A stretch of 64,000 bases of DNA from Candidatus Fermentibacteraceae bacterium (GCA_016936235.1 JAFGPK010000002.1:20672-84671), one strand, 5' to 3'. Shown: positions 8,366-16,909, numbered from the stretch's first letter. The notes: generated by a model from the letters alone, not told the origin. A program made the numbers and translations.

Positions 8366-11242
8366 CTATCTCTCGGGAGGTTCAGGCGCCAGCGGCTCGA
8401 TGGACAGCGGGCCGGCTTCCACCCGCATCCCCCTGATCCTGTTTCCCCGTTCCACCTTTCCCCTTACTATAATGGTAGCCTCGGGACGGACAAGAATGGA
8501 CTCAGCCCTGGCGAAAAGCGGTGAAGGAAGGAAGATGTCCGCCACACCGGTGGTGTCCTCCAGCATCAGGAAGCCAGCCCCGGCCCCAAGCCTCCTGCCC
8601 GTGACGAACCTCCCCCATATGCTGAAGCAACCTGAGACAGGCACCTCTCCCAGCGGGACCGTCCCGTCGGGCGGGTTCATCAGCTCAAGGGGGTTGCACG
8701 CCAGTGGAAGTCCCAGGAGCCCCAGCTCCATGGCGACCCTGGTCTCCAGGGAATAGTCCGGCAGGGCGGGGGTTCCCGGAGGCGTGCCGGGGAAGAAGCC
8801 TCCATCCCCGGCCTCCAGCTGCATCAGCGCCTCGGGAGGTGAGAAACCCAGTTCCCCGAAGCATCCCGCCGCCGCGATGTTCCTGCACAGGGACAACCCG
8901 CATCCCGCGGCGAGGACGTCCGACGGGTAACGATAGGGTCTTCCCGCCGCCAGCTTTTCGTACTCCACCGCTCCCATATCCTTCAGGTGGTGGAATCCGG
9001 GGACTATGTACCCGTCCCTCTCACGGGTCAGCCATTCGCCCGTGTTCACTCCCGGCGGCCGGAAATCCGCGCCCAGCCTTCTGGCTTCCTCCAGGTAGAC
9101 CCTCGAGGAGTAGAATCCGCCTCCCGCCGCCATGACCGACGCCATATAGACAGCCGGCCGTTCCACCTTCAGACCGGCGGCGCCGCAGGCGACCGCAGCG
9201 TAGGTGAAGGCATGGGCCTTGCAGAAACCGTACCCTGCGTAACCGGAAAGCACCTTCCACACCGCCCCTGCCTTCTCGGGCCCCATGCACCTTCGCCGGC
9301 AGACGGAGATTATCTCCTCCTCGGCCACCTTCTTCTTCTTCAACTGTCTCCTGAGGAGATCGGAAGAGGCTTCGTCCAGCCTCAGCAGCACCTCCGCCGC
9401 CCTGGACACATCCTCCTGGTAAAGCATCACGCCCATGTTCTCCTTCAGCAGGGGACGAAGCTCAGGAAGGCATGAATCGTGCATCCTGCCTGAATACACG
9501 CACTCCATGTAGTTCTGTCTGCCTCCTCCCGCAGCCGCTCCGGGTCGCACCAGTGCCAGTGCCCTGCCCACGTCCTCCATGGTCCTTATCCTCATCTCCC
9601 TCAGGAGACTCCTCATGGCCGGTGATTCAACGTGCACTACCCCTATGGTGGCGCCCCTGTCCAGCAGTTCCATTGCATCGCGGGGAATACTACCCCCCCT
9701 CCGGAACACCTCCATGGGGTTCCTGCCCAGCCTCGAGCAGACTATGGACACCGTTGTGAGACCCCTCTGGCCAAGAAGGTCCATCTTGAGGAGTCCCATC
9801 TTCTCCACGCCGTCCTTGTCGAAGTGTGTGATGTGGCAGCCCATTGCGCTGGGATGCAGGGGGACCAGCCGGTCCACGGGCCCGTGTGTGCACACCAGAC
9901 CGCAGGGATGGGGAGCCAGATGAGAGGGAATGCCCCTCAGGAGCAGGGAGTCTTCAAACGCCCGTCCTGCCGCCGGTCTCTCCCAGACCTTGCTCTCCCT
10001 GTAGCGCAGAAGCTTCGTCAGTGTGTCCATCTCCGCGGTGCTCATCCCCAGCCCGGACGCGGCGACCCTGAAGGCCGATCTGGACCTGTGGGTAACGGTC
10101 TGGGACACCGCGGCCCCCCTCCTGCCGGATTTCTCCAGGAACCAGTCTATGACCTGGTCCCTCCTGGAGCTGTCTATGTCCAGGTCTATGTCCGGTGGGC
10201 TGGACCGGAGCACGTTGAAGAACCTGGAGAAGGACAGGTCGTGCTGAATGGGACAGATGATTGATATCCCCAGGAGATAGGCGACTATGCTCCCGCCGGC
10301 GGAACCCCTGGCCGATACCGCAATGCCGCGTTCCCGGCAGTGCTCCACTATCTCGAAGAACCTCATGAAATAGCCGGCAAGGCCGTTCTCCGTGATGGCC
10401 CCCAGCTCCATTTCCATTCTCCTGCGGGCGGCCAGGCTGCCCCGGTAGAGGATTTCCAGCCTGCTTCCGGCTATTTCCGAAAGAAGCCGCTCCTCTTCGC
10501 TGACCCTGGCCCTCTCGCAGTTGCAGGCCACCGGCAGTGACGGCAGTGTCTCGGCAAGGTACCGGTTGTTCAGCAGTGACCGGTCCGCTCCCCGGAAGCT
10601 TCTGCGAAACGCTCCGGCGTCGGGCATCACGTTCCCCGGGCCGTTAAACTCCGATTCCACCATCTTTCTTTTTTCGATGGCAAGGTAACCCCGCCTGAGT
10701 ATGCGGTGGGCATTCACCTGCTCAGGGCAGGTGAACATCGACGGCCACAACGCCAGCGGAGAGAGTCCTGCGGCCAGGATGTCCGCTTCCGCCGAGGCCG
10801 GGGGTATCCCCGACAGGCGCTCGGGAAGCACACCCACGAAGACCCTGCCCGGAAAGCCCTGCTCGTTCCTGAGCCTCATGGCAGACACAGGATCGGGTGT
10901 GACCGCCGCCAGCGAAGACGCGTCCCTGAGGGCCTCGTCCAAAGGAACCCGTTCAGGCAGCAGGATTGATGTTATAAGCAGGCATAACTCCTCCCAGCCT
11001 CCTTCCATGGCCGCGAAGAGGATGTCCGATCCTTCCACCTCCAGCTGTACGCCGGCTGCTCCTTTCACTCCCTGCTCCGCGCACTCCGCGGAGAACTCCA
11101 GCTGTCCCGAGGAGATACCGGGATCGGCTAGTATCCCGCCTGCAAACCCACGCCCGGCTATGCACCGGGCCATGTCCTTCGGAGGGACGACTCCCCTTCT
11201 GAAGGAGAACCAGCTTCGTATCGGCGCGATGATGTGGTTCAT
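8366..11242 (-). CDS. dnaE2: Secondary DNA polymerase III alpha subunit (DnaE2-like), PHP domain degenerate
   Basis: RGSAGGS, PDIDLD, KMDLLG, YQED, GYGFCKAHA and a C-terminal OB fold (FLMLEDTTG). Start moved to MNHII (11242) because the called extension overlaps a divergent gene. The dnaE2 subtype is inferred. Confidence 0.8.
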   Translation of the reverse strand: MNHIIAPIRSWFSFRRGVVPPKDMARCIAGRGFAGGILADPGISSGQLEFSAECAEQGVKGAAGVQLEVEGSDILFAAMEGGWEELCLLITSILLPERVPLDEALRDASSLAAVTPDPVSAMRLRNEQGFPGRVFVGVLPERLSGIPPASAEADILAAGLSPLALWPSMFTCPEQVNAHRILRRGYLAIEKRKMVESEFNGPGNVMPDAGAFRRSFRGADRSLLNNRYLAETLPSLPVACNCERARVSEEERLLSEIAGSRLEILYRGSLAARRRMEMELGAITENGLAGYFMRFFEIVEHCRERGIAVSARGSAGGSIVAYLLGISIICPIQHDLSFSRFFNVLRSSPPDIDLDIDSSRRDQVIDWFLEKSGRRGAAVSQTVTHRSRSAFRVAASGLGMSTAEMDTLTKLLRYRESKVWERPAAGRAFEDSLLLRGIPSHLAPHPCGLVCTHGPVDRLVPLHPSAMGCHITHFDKDGVEKMGLLKMDLLGQRGLTTVSIVCSRLGRNPMEVFRRGGSIPRDAMELLDRGATIGVVHVESPAMRSLLREMRIRTMEDVGRALALVRPGAAAGGGRQNYMECVYSGRMHDSCLPELRPLLKENMGVMLYQEDVSRAAEVLLRLDEASSDLLRRQLKKKKVAEEEIISVCRRRCMGPEKAGAVWKVLSGYAGYGFCKAHAFTYAAVACGAAGLKVERPAVYMASVMAAGGGFYSSRVYLEEARRLGADFRPPGVNTGEWLTRERDGYIVPGFHHLKDMGAVEYEKLAAGRPYRYPSDVLAAGCGLSLCRNIAAAGCFGELGFSPPEALMQLEAGDGGFFPGTPPGTPALPDYSLETRVAMELGLLGLPLACNPLELMNPPDGTVPLGEVPVSGCFSIWGRFVTGRRLGAGAGFLMLEDTTGVADIFLPSPLFARAESILVRPEATIIVRGKVERGNRIRGMRVEAGPLSIEPLAPEPPER

Positions 11243-11247
11243 GTCGT

Positions 11248-11261
11248 ATATGTAAACATAT
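11248..11261. promoter_or_regulatory. Palindromic operator candidate ATATGT-AA-ACATAT upstream of the dnaE2-like gene
   Basis: Perfect 6+6 inverted repeat 6 bp upstream of the start codon, abutting a TGGACA-N16-TATACA promoter-like sequence on the minus strand. Confidence 0.45.
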
Positions 11262-11350
11262 GTATACTGATTGGCAAGGGTCTGTCCACCGTAGAGTGAC
11301 TGGGATATATTGCCCCTGAGAACGGAACTCTCTAACGGATTGGAGATTTC

Positions 11351-12118
11351 ATGAAGAAATACCTTATCATTTCGACCGTAATGGCGCTTGTGCTGGGATG
11401 CTCCAGCGAACCGTCGGCACCCTCGGGAACTCTTCCGGATGTCCAGAACCTTCAGATCGACGAAGATGCATCCAGGGGGGATACAGTAGTGCTGTTCTGG
11501 GACCCAGTCGATGTCACCGTCGACGGCTACCACATCTACTTTGCCACGACTATCCCTGGATCATGGTCAGAGTACGTTTCGGCGGACACAACTTATGCCC
11601 ACATAGCCGCTTCAGCCGGTTACTACCAGGTGAAGGCTTCCCAGGGATTGAACTACTCGGCAGGTTTCTCGAACAGGGTTGACACCAGGGCTGAAGCCCA
11701 GATGAACGAGAGGCAGATGAGGGTGGGCACCGAGTCCAACGGGCTTGTCTTCTACGACAACGGCACCGGATGGGGTCTGGGCTGCGCCGACTCAATGGAC
11801 TTCGCCCAGGACATCTACATAGACACTGTGGGCAACAAGCTCTACCTCTTCTCCGGCAACGCCGACCCGGTGATGTACCCCGGCGGCAACGACACCAGGC
11901 TGTGTCCCAGGGGATGCCACGGCAGGGTCGCGCCGGAGCCGGGTTCGCTGGACTGGGTCGACTCGGTGCAGGTCACGGATTTCGACTGGGTGTTCGTGCA
12001 GCTGAGCAACGACCATTACGCCGAACTTTACATAGACAGCGTGTTCACCAACGGAGCCGACCTGCTCTCCTACGAGTACCAGCTGATAGACTTCCTCAGG
12101 CTGTTCAACGTTCTCTAG
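11351..12118 (+). CDS. Hypothetical lipoprotein with N-terminal FN3-like domain
   Basis: GGAG RBS, lipobox VLGC, FN3-like pattern VVLFWDPV..DGYHIYF..YYQVKA. Confidence 0.7.
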   Translation: MKKYLIISTVMALVLGCSSEPSAPSGTLPDVQNLQIDEDASRGDTVVLFWDPVDVTVDGYHIYFATTIPGSWSEYVSADTTYAHIAASAGYYQVKASQGLNYSAGFSNRVDTRAEAQMNERQMRVGTESNGLVFYDNGTGWGLGCADSMDFAQDIYIDTVGNKLYLFSGNADPVMYPGGNDTRLCPRGCHGRVAPEPGSLDWVDSVQVTDFDWVFVQLSNDHYAELYIDSVFTNGADLLSYEYQLIDFLRLFNVL

Positions 12119-12122
12119 CTTT

Positions 12123-12193
12123 AGGGACGCACCCAATTTCGCCAAGTTACTGCTTTAAACAAGGCGCAACTTGGCGAAATTGGGTGCGTCCCT
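12123..12193. repeat. 26-bp perfect inverted repeat with 19-nt spacer (REP/MITE-like hairpin)
   Basis: AGGGACGCACCCAATTTCGCCAAGTT (12123-12148) and its exact reverse complement (12168-12193). Confidence 0.9.
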
Positions 12194-12274
12194 CCTACGG
12201 AATAAGATATCCCAAAATCGTGTAACAGCAGTGAAAGAAGGAGCGAGATCTACTTTTACAGTTAACGGGAGGTA

Positions 12275-13585
12275 ATGAAAATGCTGCTGAACACGATGAC
12301 GACCCTGATGATCATATCGGTGTCCGTTGCCGGGTACTTCTGTCCAGGCAGGTCGGCGCGGGAGGACTACCAGGAGGTGGTCAACAGGGTGGCGGAGATG
12401 GTCTGGGACAGCAAGGTGACGCAGATGGCCTATGCACACGGCCTGGACGTGGTGAACGTGACCTGGGAGGACACCGGCAGGTACTACGGCTCCTGCTGGG
12501 GACCCAACATCTCTGACATGACCATACAGGTGCACAGCTACCAGAACGGTGCGGAACATCCAACTCTAACCTGCATGCCGGTGATACGATACCCAAACTT
12601 CCACGACCTTTCTGCGGACATGGACCCGGACAACTTCTACCTTCTGGTGGGGAACGAGATAGGTGAAGACCTGGCCCCGGTCTCGCTGACCGATTTCGTG
12701 GACAACATACGGTACTACCTACACGATCCCGAATCCTGGGACAGTGACGAACACAGCCTTCTTGCAGAGCGGGACAGCGTAGTTCTGGTCAGCGCACAGG
12801 CAGTCTTCCTGCCCATCCCGGGAGACGGCAACGCGACTTTCAACCCGGTGCTCTACAACTACCAGTCCTACGAGGGGGACCCCGCAGTGCTGACGATACT
12901 CGTTACCCGTGAAGGAACCAGCGTCACGGTGATAGACAACGCCAGGGACGCCGTCCCCGGCTCGTGGAGCTGGGGCCAGAGACTCTTCTTCAACGACAAC
13001 GGAGAAAGGGCAAGCCTCACGGGACAGAGGATCTCCGATTTCAGAGTCGAGTACGCCCAGCAGGGCGGCGACCCCTCCGAGATCTCCGAGGAGAGCAACC
13101 TGAACATGGTTCTCCTCATCCAGATACCCCTGAAGCAGAGGAATCCGCAGAGCACATGGTTCGACGACGTCGAGTGCTGCCAGGATGCCTGCATGACAAT
13201 GGGCGCTGCGGGTGAGTCTTCATCCAGGACCTCCGACGTGGAGGCAGCCGTGATAGGCCATGGCGAGCTCGAAGGACCCTTCACCGAAATAGACGGACTC
13301 GAGATAGAGAGGGACCCCAACTTCCCCATACGCGTAACCGTACAGTTCTACAAGGCCACTTCCAACGGGGTAGCCTCCCAGGAGGACATAGACACGATAG
13401 CCGAGGAGATAGACAAGGTCTACAGCGAGGGTTCCTACGTCGGTTCACTTGTTGTTCCGGACCCCGGTGTCTACAGACCCACCGACTGGGACAGGGCCTC
13501 GGTCCCCAGGAGACTCAACAGGTACTGGCGCTACGTGCGCAACGGTTACCTGGGATGGTTAGGCAGACCCGACCTGATGAACTGA
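12275..13585 (+). CDS. Hypothetical protein of unknown function, probably exported
   Basis: GGGAGG RBS, 436-aa ORF with hydrophobic N-terminus and distinctive motifs VTWEDTGRYYGSCWGPNISDMTIQV and RDPNFPIRVTVQFYKATSNG. Confidence 0.85.
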   Translation: MKMLLNTMTTLMIISVSVAGYFCPGRSAREDYQEVVNRVAEMVWDSKVTQMAYAHGLDVVNVTWEDTGRYYGSCWGPNISDMTIQVHSYQNGAEHPTLTCMPVIRYPNFHDLSADMDPDNFYLLVGNEIGEDLAPVSLTDFVDNIRYYLHDPESWDSDEHSLLAERDSVVLVSAQAVFLPIPGDGNATFNPVLYNYQSYEGDPAVLTILVTREGTSVTVIDNARDAVPGSWSWGQRLFFNDNGERASLTGQRISDFRVEYAQQGGDPSEISEESNLNMVLLIQIPLKQRNPQSTWFDDVECCQDACMTMGAAGESSSRTSDVEAAVIGHGELEGPFTEIDGLEIERDPNFPIRVTVQFYKATSNGVASQEDIDTIAEEIDKVYSEGSYVGSLVVPDPGVYRPTDWDRASVPRRLNRYWRYVRNGYLGWLGRPDLMN

Positions 13586-13608
13586 TCGTTTGAGAATAAT
13601 ACCAGTCT

Positions 13609-13636
13609 GAGGGCGGTCCTGTGGCCGCCCTCTTTC
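13609..13636 (+). terminator. Intrinsic terminator
   Basis: Stem GAGGGCGGTC / GGCCGCCCTC followed by TTTC, 24 bp after the stop of 12275-13585. Confidence 0.7.
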
Positions 13637-13714
13637 TACATGAGACTTGCGTTTCTGGAAAAGAGCAACATATTCATCCAAATCCTTTTAACTGAATCGA
13701 AGGGAGCGTACGAT

Positions 13715-14875
13715 ATGAGATCATGTCTGCTTCTGCTTCTACTTGTCTCAACGGTGGCATTCTCCCAGACCTTCAGCTTCGCGTCCCCCTATAATCTGCA
13801 GTCCGGCGGCACAACCATTGACGTCGGGTACTACGCGGCGCCCTGCGTGGTGGATTGGGACGGGGATACTCTGAAGGACCTCATACTGGGCCAGTTCTCA
13901 TCCGGTTACATACGGTTCTACAAAAACGAGGGAAGCAATGACGCCCCCGTCTTCAACTCGTTCTCCTACCTGCAGGCCGACGGTGTGAACATCACCATGG
14001 CCTCTGGTTGATGCACCGGTTCCACTAATCCACAGGTTGTGGATTACGACGGCGACGGAATGCTGGACATCATAGTAGGCGACCGTAACGGTTTCATACA
14101 TTACTACAGGAGGACCTCCGAGAATCCCGTCACCCTGACGAAGGAGCCGGACCTCGTCTGCGGCGGCGTGACCATAGACGTGGGTTACAACGCCGCGCCG
14201 GTGTGCGTGGACTGGGACGAGGACGGCGAGAGGGACCTTCTCGTGGGGACCCAGGGCGGCGAAGTGAGGCTCTACCACAACGACACCATCGACACCGACC
14301 CCGTGTACAACACCTACACATTCATTGAGAGTTCGGGAAGCGCCATCAATCACTACAGGAACTGTCCCCAGGTGCTGGACATGAACCAGGACGGGAAGAA
14401 GGATCTTCTCTGCGGGGCAAATGATTACAGGATATACTACTACGAAAACACCGGGACCAATGCAGAGCCGGTCTTCTCCGGTTCCGAGAGCATCATCAAC
14501 ACCGGAAGCTCCGGCGCCCGTTTCTGGGTGAACGACTGGAACGAGGACGGTCTGCTGGACGTACTGGCGAGCAACTTCAATGGTTTCGTCCAGGTATACA
14601 TACAGCAGAGTACGAGCATCACCGAAGAAGGGGGCATCGGGCTCCAAAGGAGGCTGACGCCGGACCTGAACCCCTTCAGCTCCTCCGTTACCATTACTTC
14701 CTCCGGATTCGGACAGGGAACCCTGACCCTGTACGACATGTCCGGAAGGGCCCTGCTTACGGAACCCTTCTGCGGGTCGTTCCTCCTGAGCGGTTCCGGT
14801 CTTGCAGGAGGCTGTTACATAGTCGAGGTGAGGGACGCCGAAGGGACCGCCGCTCTCAAGCTCATGAAGCTCTAG
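13715..14875 (+). CDS. Secreted FG-GAP repeat protein with T9SS-type C-terminal sorting domain; candidate selenoprotein (in-frame TGA at 14009-14011)
   Basis: ORFs 13640-14011 and 14039-14875 are in the same frame and separated only by one TGA. The gene has a signal peptide MRSCLLLLLLVSTVAFS, five DxDxDGxxD repeats, a C-terminal domain NPFSSSVTI..LYDMSGR..GCYIVEV, and a SECIS-like hairpin after the TGA. Confidence 0.8.
14012..14046 (+). promoter_or_regulatory. Candidate bacterial SECIS element
   Basis: Perfect 9-bp stem TAATCCACA (14026-14034) / TGTGGATTA (14038-14046) with a GGT loop starting 23 nt after the TGA. The CAGGTTG apex resembles the CAGGUCUG apex of the E. coli fdhF SECIS. Confidence 0.72.
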
Positions 14876-14888
14876 CTACAAAAGGAAC

Positions 14889-14929
14889 AAATGTCCCATT
14901 CCGGTGCCAGGCACCGGAATGGGACATTT
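14889..14929. repeat. 20-bp perfect palindrome with 1-nt centre, core GGTGCCAGGCACC (REP-like; may double as terminator)
   Basis: AAATGTCCCATTCCGGTGCC-A-GGCACCGGAATGGGACATTT, 13 bp after the stop of the FG-GAP gene. Confidence 0.9.
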
Positions 14930-15002
14930 TCTTGCTTACCATTTCTGAGCCAGCCGAAAAGTCAAGATAGTTACGTCCGACTTGGTTTTGTAGATTAGCC
15001 GC

Positions 15003-15791
15003 ATGGTTGAAAAGACATCTGAGCGCAGGCACTGGGACGACTTCTGGCGTCGTGACCGAGACCTGGACGAGATATACGACAACGACGGGCGCATTCCCGA
15101 GGAACTGGGCAAGCGCATGGACGTGGCCGGCATGACCATCATGGAAGTCGGGGCCGCAACCGCAAGGGACAGCGTCACCCTGGCTTCCCGGGGTGCCGCG
15201 GTCGTGGCTCTGGACTACTCCCACGAGGCCCTCCGGCTGGCCCGGGAAGCAGCTGAAAGAGCCGGAGTGAAGCTGCTTCTGGTTTGCGGCGACGCACTTG
15301 CCCTGCCCTTCAGGGAGTGCACTTTCCACCTTGTCTTCCACCAGGGTGTCCTCGAGCATTTTCACCGACCCCTTCCCTTCCTGGAGGAGAACGCAAGGGT
15401 AGCCAGACCCGGCGGCACGGTACTGGTGGATGTGCCCCAGACACTGCATGTCTACACCCTCATGAAGAAACTTCTCATAGCCCTTGACGCATGGTTCGCC
15501 GGCTGGGAGACCCAGTATACAGTTGGAAGCCTGGGCAGGCTCCTGAAGAAGGCCGGTCTGGAACCCCGGAGCAGCTATGGAAGGTTCTTCTCACCCTCGC
15601 TTTTCTACAGGGTTCTGAGGGAGGCCCTGATGAAACTTGGAATTAAGCTCCCGCTGAGACCCGTGATCCTGCCCCCCTTCCACAGATTCAGAGCAAGGAT
15701 CCGGAAAGCTGCGGAGGCATCCCCTCTGGGACCCGGTCTGGGATGCGTGATAGGGGTCTTGGCCGAAAAACCGGGGAAGAACCTGACATGA
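15003..15791 (+). CDS. Class I SAM-dependent methyltransferase
   Basis: IMEVGAATA (motif I variant), VALDYS, CGDALALPF..TFHLV, VLEHF. Confidence 0.88.
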   Translation: MVEKTSERRHWDDFWRRDRDLDEIYDNDGRIPEELGKRMDVAGMTIMEVGAATARDSVTLASRGAAVVALDYSHEALRLAREAAERAGVKLLLVCGDALALPFRECTFHLVFHQGVLEHFHRPLPFLEENARVARPGGTVLVDVPQTLHVYTLMKKLLIALDAWFAGWETQYTVGSLGRLLKKAGLEPRSSYGRFFSPSLFYRVLREALMKLGIKLPLRPVILPPFHRFRARIRKAAEASPLGPGLGCVIGVLAEKPGKNLT

Positions 15792-16909
15792 GAATTCTGG
15801 CACTTAACTGGAGGGACCCCAGGAACCCGGAAGCCGGTGGAGCGGAGGTACACCTCCATGAGATCCTCAAACGTTCTGCGGCGTCCGGCCATAGGGTGAC
15901 CCAGATATCACACGCCGTGACCGGACTTCCTGCTGAGGAATGGATCGACGGAGTGCGCATCCTACGGCACGGGAGGAGAAACACCTTCAATTTCACGCTG
16001 AAGAGGTTCGCCCTATCCCTGGACATTGGTTCGAACTTCGACCTGGTGATCGAGGACCTCTGCAAGGTGCCGTTCTACAGCCCGAGGTGGTCTCCCGCGC
16101 CGGTGCTCACCGTGGTCCCGCACCTTTTCGGGACAACGGCCTTCCGCGAAGTGGCGTTCCCACTGGCACTCTATGTGAACTTCATGGAGTCCTTCATACC
16201 CAGGGCCTACAGGGGCTCCCGCTTCGTTGCCATCTCCGATTCCACCAAGCGGGACCTTGTCAGAAGGGGAATATCCGATGGGGAGATCTCCGTGATTCCC
16301 TGCGGGATAGACACGGCATTCTACACTCCCGGTCCTCCTGATCCCGATCCGGCCACTTTCCTCTATGTCGGTAGACTGAAGAAGTACAAAGGGATCCAAA
16401 TGATAATAACGGCGCTGGGACTTCTCCGGCAGACAGGGACGGACTGCAGTCTGGTGGTCCTTGGATCCGGCGATTACGAAGGGGAGCTGAGAAAGCTCAC
16501 AGCGAGGCTCGGTCTGGAGGGTTCCGTCAGCTTCGAGGGCTTCGTGGCCCAGGAGCGGAAGCTCCACTGGCTCCGGCGCGCCTGGGCAGCTGTGTTCCCG
16601 TCGGAGAAGGAGGGGTGGGGTCTGACCGTGATAGAGGCTAATGCCTGCGGTACCCCGGTAATAGCAAGCGACAGCGACGGCCTTCGCGACTCCGTCAGGA
16701 ACGGCGAGACCGGCATCCTGGTGCCCCACGGCGACCTTGAAGCCCTGGCGAGCGAGATGGGTAAGCTGTCCGCGGATCCGGCTCGTAGATCGCTGCTGGG
16801 GAATAACGGGATAAAGTGGGCCGGGAGCTTCGACTGGGATATCACCGCCGAAAGGATGCTGCGCGTAATGGAGGAAACTGCCTCCAGCCGGAGTCACGTC
16901 CCCCGGTAG
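15788..16909 (+). CDS. Glycosyltransferase family 4
   Basis: GGAEVHL, LYVGRLKKYKG, PSEKEGWGLTVIEANACGTPVIASD. The start overlaps the methyltransferase stop (ATGA). Confidence 0.92.
   Translation: MRILALNWRDPRNPEAGGAEVHLHEILKRSAASGHRVTQISHAVTGLPAEEWIDGVRILRHGRRNTFNFTLKRFALSLDIGSNFDLVIEDLCKVPFYSPRWSPAPVLTVVPHLFGTTAFREVAFPLALYVNFMESFIPRAYRGSRFVAISDSTKRDLVRRGISDGEISVIPCGIDTAFYTPGPPDPDPATFLYVGRLKKYKGIQMIITALGLLRQTGTDCSLVVLGSGDYEGELRKLTARLGLEGSVSFEGFVAQERKLHWLRRAWAAVFPSEKEGWGLTVIEANACGTPVIASDSDGLRDSVRNGETGILVPHGDLEALASEMGKLSADPARRSLLGNNGIKWAGSFDWDITAERMLRVMEETASSRSHVPR

Noticed and set aside
11243-11533. 97-codon N-terminal extension of dnaE in the ORF track
   Set aside because: It overlaps the divergent lipoprotein gene and the promoter region. 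PHP-like sequence starts at MNHII.
14009-14011. Genome-wide TGA reassignment (Trp or Gly codes)
   Set aside because: TGA is the evident stop of many conserved genes here (dnaK, valS, uvrA, buk, ribH), so recoding must be site-specific.
13640-14875. Two separate genes 13640-14011 and 14039-14875, as in the ORF track
   Set aside because: Same frame, single TGA, repeat register continuous across it, no RBS for the second part, and signal peptide and sorting domain split between the halves.
12123-14929. Palindromes as integron attC sites or CRISPR repeats
   Set aside because: They lack RYYYAAC/GTTRRRY ends and extrahelical bases, the two elements differ in sequence, there is no repeat-spacer array, and no integrase or cas gene is present.
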